Assembly: GCF_016717175.1 (NCBI RefSeq)
Contig: NZ_JADKFZ010000003.1
DNA length: 37,303 nt
Origin: Nannocystis sp.
Lineage (GTDB): Bacteria > Myxococcota_A > Polyangia > Nannocystales > Nannocystaceae
Strand: one strand, 5' to 3'
A program made the translations under genes and the position numbers. The notes below the pieces were generated by a model. That model was given only the letters and a program-made list of their open reading frames with translations, did no database searches and had not been told where the DNA came from. The stretch's first letter is position 1, and the number at the start of each line of letters is the position of its first letter. Of the stretch, positions 27,072 through 35,535 are shown in pieces.

Positions 27072-28367
27072 TCAGCGTCGGCGATCGTGAGGGCGGACCC
27101 CTGGGCGGCCTTCTGGTGGGCCTCCTCGGCGGCGAGGCGATGCTTGGGGTTTGCGATCGTGCCGACGACGTCGCCGCCGCAGCGGGGGCAGACCTTGGTC
27201 GTTGGGGGTGAGCGGGCCGCCGCACTTGGGCTCGGAGCAGCGGCGGTCGCGGAACAGGCGGCCGAGGCCGAGGCCGGCGAGGCCGAGGCCGGCGGCGATG
27301 ACGGCGATGTTGCTCATGCCGGGGCCCTGGTCGGGGGACATGCGGGACAGCACGCCGCCGAGCATGAGGGCGCCCATGAAGAGGACACGGCCGAGGCGGG
27401 GGGCCAGGCTGCGGTCGACCATGAAGACGGGCTTGCCGGTGTTCATGCCGGCGACGCCGCGGTCCTCGTCGCGGCGGGTCTCGGGCTCGGCCTCGGGCTC
27501 GCGCGCGAGCGGGGCGGTGAGGGCGGCGAGGGAGGGCGGGGCGGGCCAGTGGTCCTTGCCGGGGACGCCGAGCTGGACGCCGATCGGTGGGTCCATGCGC
27601 TCGATGGCGGCGAAGCTGTGGCGGAAGAAGGCGGCCTGGTTGGCCTGGAGGGCGCGGGCGAGGCGTTGGCGCTCGGCCCGGCCCTCGCCGCGGACGTGGA
27701 CCTGCACGGCGAGCAGGAAGCAGATGGCCTGGGGCGGCAGGCTGCCGAGGCGCAGGGGGACGCGGCGGTTCTGGACGGCGCCGGTGCTGCTGCGGCTGGT
27801 GAAGCGGAGGGCGGCGTCGGCGGTGAGCAGGCCGAAGCCGAGGTAGACGGCGCTGACGTCGATGCGGGGGTCGTAGGCGTCGCTGACGGGGAGGTTGTGG
27901 GCGAGGCGATGGGCGTGGCTGACGACGCGGGCGCAGGCGGCGACGAGGCTGGCGGGGTCGGCCATGGCGCTGGCCTCGACGCCGACCTCGAGGCCAGCTC
28001 CCGGACCGGGGCCACCCTTGAAGCTGGCGAGCCACACGACCAGCTCCTGGGCGCCTCGCGGGGTGACCGGCTTGCCGATGACCTCGCCGCGGCGGGCGGG
28101 CTCGGCGTCGTAGATGCGGACGCCGACGCGGAGGTCGTCGGGGAGGCCGGCGTAGGCGCAGAGCCGGAGGAGGAGGCGGCGGACGCTGCTGTCGCCGCCG
28201 CCCCAGGGGTCGGGGAAGAAGCGCGGGCTCGGCTCGACGAGCAGGCTGGTGGCGAGCGGGCCGGGGCCGAGCGCGACGACCAGCGCCCGCAGCTGCTCCT
28301 GCAACCAGCGGCGATCGTCCTGCGGCGGGAGCATGAGCCCATCGTCGCCCTGTTCCGGCCCGGCCAT
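27072..28367 (-). CDS. hypothetical membrane-associated protein with a C-terminal split C4 zinc ribbon; an apparent -1 frameshift in a C5 homopolymer (about 27204-27208) truncates it, and the corrected ORF would end at about 26984
   Basis: N-terminus MAGPEQGDDGLMLPP.., ~300-aa soluble region, hydrophobic segment MSNIAVIAAGLGLAGLGLG, then CSEPKC. The shifted frame continues PPTTKVCPRCGGDVVGTIANPKHRLAAEEAHQKAAQGSALTIADAE...APAPPAT*, completing C-x4-C-x10-C-x2-C. Confidence 0.45.
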   Translation of the reverse strand: MAGPEQGDDGLMLPPQDDRRWLQEQLRALVVALGPGPLATSLLVEPSPRFFPDPWGGGDSSVRRLLLRLCAYAGLPDDLRVGVRIYDAEPARRGEVIGKPVTPRGAQELVVWLASFKGGPGPGAGLEVGVEASAMADPASLVAACARVVSHAHRLAHNLPVSDAYDPRIDVSAVYLGFGLLTADAALRFTSRSSTGAVQNRRVPLRLGSLPPQAICFLLAVQVHVRGEGRAERQRLARALQANQAAFFRHSFAAIERMDPPIGVQLGVPGKDHWPAPPSLAALTAPLAREPEAEPETRRDEDRGVAGMNTGKPVFMVDRSLAPRLGRVLFMGALMLGGVLSRMSPDQGPGMSNIAVIAAGLGLAGLGLGRLFRDRRCSEPKCGGPLTPNDQGLPPLRRRRRRHDRKPQASPRRRGGPPEGRPGVRPHDRRR

Positions 28368-28466
28368 GGCGCTGCTCTCTACCACGAGTGGCGCCGGGTC
28401 TGTCGCCTGTGAGCTGGCGCGGGGGCTGACCCGAAACCGGGGGGCGAGGGTAACATCCGCGGCCGC

Positions 28467-31400
28467 ATGCGCCGCACCGCCCTGTCTCGCCCGTCCGTCG
28501 CGCTGGTCTCGCTGGGTCTCGGGCTGAGTCTCGTGACCTGCGCCCCGAAGGCGCCGAGCAGCCCGCCAGCGCTCGCCCACACGCCCGGCGCGCCCGCCAC
28601 CAAGCCGACACCTGTCCCGAAGGACAGCACGGGGAAGGCCGAGCCGGAGGTCCCGAAGTGGGACGTGAACGACCCGCCGGGCGAGGAGCAGGAGGTCAAG
28701 CTGGACGTCCGCGAGGGCACGTGGATGGCGCTCGACGTGAGCCCGGATGGGCGCGAGCTCGTGTTCGACCTGCTCGGCGACCTGTATCTCCTGCCGATCG
28801 CGGGCGGCGAGGCGCGGGCGCTGACGCAGGGGATGGCCTGGGACATGCAGCCGCGCTTCAGCCCGGACGGGCAGTGGATCGCGTTCACCAGCGACCGCGG
28901 CGGCGGCGACAACGTGTGGGTGCTCGCGCGGCCGACGGCTGCGGGGGCGGTGGTGGCGGAGCCGAAGCCAGAGCCCAAGCAAGTCACGAAGGAGGACTTC
29001 CGGCTGGTGAACAGCCCGGTGTGGTCGCCCGACGGGAACTTCATCGCGGTGCGCAAGCACTTCACCAAGCACCGCAGCCTCGGCACCGGCGAGATCTGGC
29101 TGTACCACGTGGCGGGCGGCAAGGGCGTGCCGATGACGGAGAAGGTCAACGACCAGAAGGATGTCGGCGAGCCGGCGTTCTCGCCGGACGGGGCCCATCT
29201 TTACTTCAGCCTCGACAACACGCCGGGGGCGACCTTCGAGTACAACAAGGACCCGTACGGCGAGATCTACGCGATCAAGCGGCTGGAGCGGGCCAGCGGG
29301 CGCATCGAGACGCTGGCCGGCGGGCCCGGGGGCGCGGCCCGGCCGACGCCGTCGCCGGACGGCAAGTCGCTGGCGTTCATCCGTCGCGTCGGCGGCACCG
29401 CGGGCGCGCCGGACAAGACGACGCTGATGGTCCGCGAGCTGCAGTCGGGGGCGGAGCGCCCGGTGTTCGCGGGGCTCGACCGCGACATGCAGGAGACCTG
29501 GGCGATCCATGGCGTGTACCCGGCGATCGCGTGGACGCCGGACAGCCGCGAGCTGGTGTTCTGGGCCGCGGGCAAGCTGTGGCGCACGCGGGCCGACGGC
29601 AGCCAGGCGGCGCCGACCGAGATCCCGTTCCACGTGAGCGGGACCCGCAAGGTGGCGCCGGCGCTGCGCTTCGCGGTCGAGGTGGCGCCGCGCGAGGTCG
29701 ACGTGAAGGCGCTGCGCGGGGTGACGGTGAGCCCGGACGGCGGCCGCGTGGTCTACCAGGCGCTCGGCCACCTGTACGTACGGACATTGCCCGAAGGACA
29801 GGCGAAGCGGCTGACCAAGCAGAGCGACCACTTCGAGCAGGACCCGGCCTTCTCGCGCGACGGCAAGCAGATCGTGTTCACGACCTGGGACGACCAGGCG
29901 CTCGGCAGCGTGCGCACGATCGCGGTCGGCGGCGGCAAGGAGCGGGTGATCAGCGATCGGCCGGGGCACTACGTGGCGCCGCAGTGGAGCCCGGACGGCA
30001 AGCAGGTGGTCGTGCAGCGGATCGGCGGGGGCTGGACGCGCTCGCCGACCTGGTCGCAGGAGCAGGGCATCTACGCGATCGAGGTGAAGACGGCGAAGGC
30101 GACGCTGGTCCGCCGCGACGGGGCCGAGCCGCACTTCGGGGCGGCGAGCGATCGGCTGTTCTTCAGCAGCTACGACGACGACAAGGTGGAGCTGCGCAGC
30201 GTGGAGCTGGACGGCAGCGACGAGCGCACGCACGTGAAGACGGAGGGGGCGAGCCGCCTGCGGGTGTCACCGGACGGGCGCTGGCTGGGCTGGACGGAGG
30301 GCTTCCAGGCGCTGATCGCCCCGCTGCCGCCGACCGGGCGGACCATCGAGCTGGGGCCGAAGGCGGAGGGGCTGCCGGTCGCCAAGGTGAGCCGCGACGC
30401 GGGCGAGCACGTGCACTGGTCGGGCGACAGCCAGCGCCTGCACTGGTCGCTGGGGCCCGAGCTGTACACGCGCGAGCTGAAGGACGCGTTCGCGTTCGTG
30501 GCCGGGGCCCCGGCGGAGCTGCCCAAGCCGGCGGAGACGGGGCTGGCGATCGGCTTCAAGGCGCCCGCGGCGGTGCCGACGGGGACGCGGGCGATCGTCG
30601 GGGCGCGGGTGATCACGATGCGCGGCGACGAGGTGATCGAGGACGCGACGATCGTGATCAACGGCGATCGCATCAGCGCGATCGGGCCGTCGGCGCAGCT
30701 GCAGGCGCCGGCCGGGGCGGAGGTCGTGCGGGCCGAGGGCAAGACGATCATCCCGGGGCTGATCGACGTGCACGCGCACGGCAGCCAGGGCGAGGACGGC
30801 ATCACGCCGGAGCAGAACTGGCTGCACTACGCGATGCTGGCGTACGGGGTGACGACGGTGCACGACCCGAGCAACGACACGGCGTCGATCTTCGCGGCGA
30901 GCGAGATGCAGCGGGTCGGGGCGGTGGTCGGGCCGCGCATCTTCTCGACCGGGACGATCCTGTACGGGGCGCAGGCGCCGTTCAAGGCGGAGATCGCCAG
31001 CCTCGAGGACGCGCGCGGGCACCTGCGCCGGCTCAAGGCGATCGGGGCCTTCTCGGTCAAGAGCTACAACCAGCCGCGGCGAGAGCAGCGGCAGCAGGTG
31101 ATCGCGGCGGCGCGCGAGCTCGGGATGATGGTGGTGCCGGAGGGCGGCGCGCTGTTTCACCACAACATGACGATGGTCGCCGACGGGCACACGGGCATCG
31201 AGCACGCGCTGCCGGTGGCCAGCGCCTACGCGGACGTGATGCAGTACTGGGGGGCGACCAAGGTCGGCTACACGCCGACGCTCGGGGTGGCCTACGGGGG
31301 CTTAGGCGGCGAGAACTACTGGTACGCGCACACGCAGGTGTGGGAGGACAGCCGGCTGCGGCGCTTCGTGCCGGCCAACGCGTTCGAGCCGCGCGCCCGT

Positions 31401-31874
31401 CGGCGGACCCTGGCGGCCGACAACGACTGGAACCACGTGCGGGTGGCGAGCCTGGCCAAGCAGCTGCTCGACGCGGGCGTGAAGGTGCAGCTGGGGGCGC
31501 ACGGGCAGCGCGAGGGGCTGGCGGTGCACTGGGAGCTGTGGAGCTTCGCCCAGGGCGGGATGACGCCGCTCGAGGTGCTGCGCACGGGCACCCTGGCGGG
31601 GGCGCAGTACCTCGGCCTCGACCGCGACCTCGGCTCGCTCGAGCCGGGCAAGCTGGCGGACCTCTTGATCCTCGACCGCGACCCGCGGGTCGACATCCGC
31701 GCGACCCGGCAGGTGGCGATGGTGATGATCGGCGGGCAGCTGTTCGACGCGGGGACCATGGCGGAGATCGGCGGGGCGAAGCGGGTGCCGCAGCCGTTCT
31801 ACTTCAGCGAGGGCGGGCGCCTGAGCGGCAAGCCGCCCGCGCACGCGCAGTGCGTCGGCCACGCGGCGCACTGA
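28467..31874 (+). CDS. Lipoprotein fusing an N-terminal TolB-like (PD40/WD40-like) beta-propeller to a C-terminal metal-dependent amidohydrolase domain
   Basis: Lipobox LSLVTCAP. Repeated ..SPDG(K/Q)xIAF/VF.. PD40 motifs (FSPDGQWIAFTSDRGG, WSPDGNFIAV, SPDGKSLAFI, WSPDGKQVVV). The amidohydrolase metal-binding signature is IIPGLIDVHAHG..., with later GHTGIEHA and HGQREG motifs. Confidence 0.8.
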   Translation: MRRTALSRPSVALVSLGLGLSLVTCAPKAPSSPPALAHTPGAPATKPTPVPKDSTGKAEPEVPKWDVNDPPGEEQEVKLDVREGTWMALDVSPDGRELVFDLLGDLYLLPIAGGEARALTQGMAWDMQPRFSPDGQWIAFTSDRGGGDNVWVLARPTAAGAVVAEPKPEPKQVTKEDFRLVNSPVWSPDGNFIAVRKHFTKHRSLGTGEIWLYHVAGGKGVPMTEKVNDQKDVGEPAFSPDGAHLYFSLDNTPGATFEYNKDPYGEIYAIKRLERASGRIETLAGGPGGAARPTPSPDGKSLAFIRRVGGTAGAPDKTTLMVRELQSGAERPVFAGLDRDMQETWAIHGVYPAIAWTPDSRELVFWAAGKLWRTRADGSQAAPTEIPFHVSGTRKVAPALRFAVEVAPREVDVKALRGVTVSPDGGRVVYQALGHLYVRTLPEGQAKRLTKQSDHFEQDPAFSRDGKQIVFTTWDDQALGSVRTIAVGGGKERVISDRPGHYVAPQWSPDGKQVVVQRIGGGWTRSPTWSQEQGIYAIEVKTAKATLVRRDGAEPHFGAASDRLFFSSYDDDKVELRSVELDGSDERTHVKTEGASRLRVSPDGRWLGWTEGFQALIAPLPPTGRTIELGPKAEGLPVAKVSRDAGEHVHWSGDSQRLHWSLGPELYTRELKDAFAFVAGAPAELPKPAETGLAIGFKAPAAVPTGTRAIVGARVITMRGDEVIEDATIVINGDRISAIGPSAQLQAPAGAEVVRAEGKTIIPGLIDVHAHGSQGEDGITPEQNWLHYAMLAYGVTTVHDPSNDTASIFAASEMQRVGAVVGPRIFSTGTILYGAQAPFKAEIASLEDARGHLRRLKAIGAFSVKSYNQPRREQRQQVIAAARELGMMVVPEGGALFHHNMTMVADGHTGIEHALPVASAYADVMQYWGATKVGYTPTLGVAYGGLGGENYWYAHTQVWEDSRLRRFVPANAFEPRARRRTLAADNDWNHVRVASLAKQLLDAGVKVQLGAHGQREGLAVHWELWSFAQGGMTPLEVLRTGTLAGAQYLGLDRDLGSLEPGKLADLLILDRDPRVDIRATRQVAMVMIGGQLFDAGTMAEIGGAKRVPQPFYFSEGGRLSGKPPAHAQCVGHAAH

Positions 31875-32054
31875 GGCTGTCTGCGGGGACAGGTGGGCTG
31901 TCCGCGGGGACAGGTGGTGCTGTCCCTCGGGACAGCTCTGATCGGCTGGCCGCGGGGACAGGTGGTGCTGTCCATCGGGACAGGTCAGGTCGCGGGTGGG
32001 CGGCTCAGGTGGGTTGTCTGAAGGGACAGGTGAGCTGTCCGCCGGGACAGCTCA
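31872..32054. repeat. Array of ~8 imperfect hairpin units (CTGTCC-N3-4-GGGACAG, ~21-22 bp period) plus two GGTCAGGTCGCGGG(T/C)GGGCGG end modules, spanning exactly from the amidohydrolase TGA to the murJ TGA
   Basis: Units in order: ctgtctgcggggacag, gctgtccgcggggacag, gctgtccctcgggacag, ggccgcggggacag, gctgtccatcgggacag, ttgtctgaagggacag, gctgtccgccgggacag. The murJ last codons ..PPAT-TGA are the reverse complement of ctcaggtcgcgggcgggcgg. Confidence 0.85.
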
Positions 32055-33662
32055 GGTCGCGGGCGGGCGGCGGCGGATCCGTCGCCACAGGCTGCGTGGG
32101 AGGCGGGCGAGGCTGTCGATGCCGGGGAAGCGGGCGAGCTGCAGCACGCTGACGTAGACGAGGAAGCCGAGGCCGACGATGAGCAGGAGGGCGAGGGCGA
32201 GGGCGAGGGTGGCGAGCGGGCCGCGCAGGGCGAGCTGCGTGAGGCCGAGGGCGGCGCCGGTCCAGGCGGCGTAGAGGACTCCGCCCATGACGGCGTTGGC
32301 GAGCAGCAGCCAGGCGAGCTCGCGGACGCGGCCGGGGCGGGCGAGCGGGCCGACCTTGCGGGCGAAGAACAGGCGCAGGAGGCCGACGTTGACGAGGGCG
32401 CCGAGGCTGGTGCCGAGCGCGAGGCCGGGGGCGCCGAGCTGGCGGTAGAAGTAGGCGTTGAAGGCGATGGTGGCCGCGATCGCGGCGAGCGAGGCGAGCA
32501 GGGGCAGGCGCGGGCGGTCGGTCGCGTAGAAGGCGGGGGCGACGATCTTGACCATGCTGTAGGGGACCAGGCCGAGGGCGTAGGCGCGGAGGATCGCGGC
32601 GACGGCGAGGGTGTCGGCGGCGGTGAAGCGGCCGCCCTCGTAGATCAGGGAGACGATCGGCTCGGCGAGGACGACCAGGCCGACGGTGCTGGCGGCGGTC
32701 AGCAGCCAGAGGGCGGACAGGCTCTCACCTGTCTTTTGGACCAGGCCGCTGCGGTCGCCGCGGGCGGCCTCCTCGGACAGCTGGGTGGTGGCGATGGTGG
32801 CGAGGGCGACGCCGAACATGCCGATCGGGAGGTAGAAGATGCGAAACGCGTACTCGAGCTGGGCGACGGGGCCGTCGCCGAGGCTGGCGGCGAAGCGGGT
32901 GTTGACGAAGATGTTGACCTGGATCGCGGCGACGCCGACGACGGCGGGGAGCATCATGCGGGCGATCCTCCGCACGCCGGGGTGGCGCCAGGCGCCGCGC
33001 AGGGCCAGGCGCGGGCGGTAGCCGAGGCGCCACAGCGGGGGCAGGAGGTAGAAGCTCTGGACCACGCCGGCGGCGAGGGTGCCGATGCTCCACGCGGTCA
33101 CGGCCCACATGCCGCCGGCGCCGGCGATCCACAGGCCAGCGCCGCAAAGCACGCTGATCACGTTGAACAGCGCGGGCGCGTAGGCGGGGGCGAGGAAGTG
33201 GCGCTGCGCGTTGAGCATGCCGGTCCACACGGCGCCGACGCTGACGAGGGCGAGCAGCGGCATCATGATGCGGGTCAGCGCGGCGGCGTCGGCGAGCTTG
33301 GCGGGGCTCCAGCCGGCGGTCATGAGGCGGACCAGGTCGTCGGCGAACACGACGCCCAGCAGGGTGAGGCCGCCGGTGACGAGCAGCAGGACCGCGAGGG
33401 TGAGGTTGGCGAGCTGGTCAGCGCGGGCCCGGTCCTCCTGCACGAGGGCGGCGGTGAAGGTCGGGACGAAGGCGCTCGAGAGGGCGCCCTCGGCCAGCAG
33501 ATCGCGCAGGAGGTTCGGGATCCGGAAGGCGACGGAGTAGGCGTCGGCGAGCGCCCCGGCGCCGACGAGGCGGGAGAACAGGGCCTCGCGCAGGAGGCCG
33601 AGCACGCGTGACACGGCGACGGCCAGGCTGAGCGACCCGGATCTCTGCAAGCTGCCGGACAA
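32052..33662 (-). CDS. murJ: Lipid II flippase MurJ (MviN)
   Basis: N-terminal signature AVAVSRVLGLLREALFSRLVGAGALADAYSVAFRIPNLLRDLLAEGALSSAFVPTF; 14 predicted TM helices; 536 aa. Confidence 0.9.
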   Translation of the reverse strand: MSGSLQRSGSLSLAVAVSRVLGLLREALFSRLVGAGALADAYSVAFRIPNLLRDLLAEGALSSAFVPTFTAALVQEDRARADQLANLTLAVLLLVTGGLTLLGVVFADDLVRLMTAGWSPAKLADAAALTRIMMPLLALVSVGAVWTGMLNAQRHFLAPAYAPALFNVISVLCGAGLWIAGAGGMWAVTAWSIGTLAAGVVQSFYLLPPLWRLGYRPRLALRGAWRHPGVRRIARMMLPAVVGVAAIQVNIFVNTRFAASLGDGPVAQLEYAFRIFYLPIGMFGVALATIATTQLSEEAARGDRSGLVQKTGESLSALWLLTAASTVGLVVLAEPIVSLIYEGGRFTAADTLAVAAILRAYALGLVPYSMVKIVAPAFYATDRPRLPLLASLAAIAATIAFNAYFYRQLGAPGLALGTSLGALVNVGLLRLFFARKVGPLARPGRVRELAWLLLANAVMGGVLYAAWTGAALGLTQLALRGPLATLALALALLLIVGLGFLVYVSVLQLARFPGIDSLARLPRSLWRRIRRRPPAT

Positions 33663-33839
33663 GGCCGGGTCACGCTAGTTCAGGCGGCGCGGGCTGTCGA
33701 CTCCCTGGCCGTGGCGATCCCTGGTGTGGTCGCGGGGTGAGCCCTGACTGGGCTGGGCTGTGTCCGGCCGTCGTGCTCGCGCGGGTGTTGGGCAGGCGGC
33801 CGACGCCGGGCTGCCAGGGCCTTCGGGGCGCCTGCCATC

Positions 33840-34799
33840 GTGGCGTGTACGGGCGCTGCGGGGGCCCTGGCGGCGATCCTTGCGCGGTGGCCAGGCGGCC
33901 GCGGGGCGTGCGATAGTCCCGGCCCCGTGCTGCTCGCCCTCATCAAGACCCTGCGCCCACGGCAGTGGATCAAGAACCTGTTCGTCGGTTTACCGCTGAT
34001 GTTCGGGCATCGCCTCACCGACCCGGACAGCCTGCTGGTGACCGCGGGGGCGGTGGCCCTGTTCTGCGTGATCTCCGGCTGCGTGTACGTGCTCAACGAT
34101 CTGGTCGACGTCGAGAAGGACCGGGTCCACCCCAAGAAGCGCATGCGGCCGATTCCCTCGGGGCAGCTGCCGGAGGCGGTGGCGCGGCGCTTCGTGGTCG
34201 TCGTCGTGCCGGTGTGCCTCGGGCTCGGCTACTGGTTGCAGCCGTGGTTCGCCGCGGCGCTCGGGGCCTACTTCGCGCAGAACCTGGCCTACAGCTTTCG
34301 CCTCAAGCAGATCGCGTACGTCGATGTGCTGTCGATCGCGACCGGCTTCATCCTGCGCGTGCTGGCCGGGGCCTTCGCGCTCGAGGTGCCGGCGTCGCTG
34401 TGGCTGCTGGCCTGCACCGGGCTGATGGCGATGTTTATGGGCTTCGGCAAGCGGGCGCACGAGCTGGCGGCCGGCGAGGGGGCGACGAAGCAGCGGCAGG
34501 CGCTCGCGGGCTACGACCTCGCGACCCTGCGGGTGATCCTGTACGGGCTCGCGGTGGCGACGGTCGGGGTCTACACGGCCTACACGCTGAGCGGCCACGT
34601 GGCCCAGCTGTTCGGCAGCAACCGCCTGGTCTACACGGTGGGCTTCGCGGCGGTCGGGGTGCTGCGCTTCATCCACCTGGCGACCACGCGTCACGAGGCC
34701 GAGAGCCCGACCGAGGAGATGCTCAAGGACCCGCTGTTCATGCTGAACTTCCTGGCCTGGCTGGGGCTGCTGGCGGCGATCCTGTACGGCTGGGTGTGA
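33840..34799 (+). CDS. UbiA-family prenyltransferase, decaprenyl-phosphate phosphoribosyltransferase-like
   Basis: LIKTLRPRQWIKNLFV..., then the Asp-rich motif YVLNDLVDVEKDRVHPKKRMRPIPSG (NDxxDxxxD of UbiA), then a second motif region. The start is uncertain: the ORF-track ATG at 33840, or GTG at 33927 immediately before LLALIKTLRPRQW. Confidence 0.65.
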   Translation: MACTGAAGALAAILARWPGGRGACDSPGPVLLALIKTLRPRQWIKNLFVGLPLMFGHRLTDPDSLLVTAGAVALFCVISGCVYVLNDLVDVEKDRVHPKKRMRPIPSGQLPEAVARRFVVVVVPVCLGLGYWLQPWFAAALGAYFAQNLAYSFRLKQIAYVDVLSIATGFILRVLAGAFALEVPASLWLLACTGLMAMFMGFGKRAHELAAGEGATKQRQALAGYDLATLRVILYGLAVATVGVYTAYTLSGHVAQLFGSNRLVYTVGFAAVGVLRFIHLATTRHEAESPTEEMLKDPLFMLNFLAWLGLLAAILYGWV

Positions 34800-34802
34800 G
34801 CG

Positions 34803-35258
34803 ATGAAGACGGTGCTGCAACGGGTGACGCGCGCGCAGGTCCGCGTCGACGGGGCGGTGGTCGGTGAGATCGGGCGCGGGCTGCTGGCGCTGTGCGCGAT
34901 CGAGAAGGGCGACGGGCCGGCGGATGTTCGCGTCACCGCGGACAAGCTGGTGTCGCTGCGCTGCTTCCCCGGGGCGACGCCGATGGACCGCAGCGTGCTC
35001 GAGGTCGGCGGGGCGGTGCTGCTGGTGTCGCAGTTCACGATCGCGGGCACGCTGAAGAAGGGGCGCCGGCCTGGCTTCGATCCGGCGGCGCCGCCGGACG
35101 AGGCGCGGGCGCTGTATGAGCAGCTGGCGGCGGCGATCCGCGGGCTCGGGGTGGCCGTGGAAACGGGGCGCTTCGCGGCGCATATGGAGGTGGAGCTGGT
35201 GAATGACGGGCCGGTGACGCTGCTGCTGTTTACGCAGGGGGGGAGCGTCGTGCATTAG
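34803..35258 (+). CDS. dtd: D-aminoacyl-tRNA deacylase
   Basis: MKTVLQRVTRAQVRVDGAVVGEIGRGLLAL, ..LLVSQFT.., and the C-terminal NDGPVTLLL (invariant Dtd motifs SQFTL and NDGPVT); 151 aa. Confidence 0.85.
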   Translation: MKTVLQRVTRAQVRVDGAVVGEIGRGLLALCAIEKGDGPADVRVTADKLVSLRCFPGATPMDRSVLEVGGAVLLVSQFTIAGTLKKGRRPGFDPAAPPDEARALYEQLAAAIRGLGVAVETGRFAAHMEVELVNDGPVTLLLFTQGGSVVH

Positions 35259-35535
35259 CTTCGTGGGCGCTTGAGTGGGGCAACGCGGGGGTTCGTTCGT
35301 CATGTGGAGATCTGGCGGGACTCGCTTGCGTGGGGCAACGCGGGGCGAGGCTATCTGGGCCCGGCGGAGGAGGGGCCGCCGACTGCGGGTCCCTCGCGAC
35401 GGCGGCGCCTCCCGTCAAGGCGGGTGCTCGGCGCTCGTGGGCTCCGTGTTCACCCTGTCATTCGCCCACGCAGTCTGCTTCGCGATGTTGACGCGCCTGC
35501 GCGCCCACCTCGCCGGGACCCTCCGCCTGCGTCCG

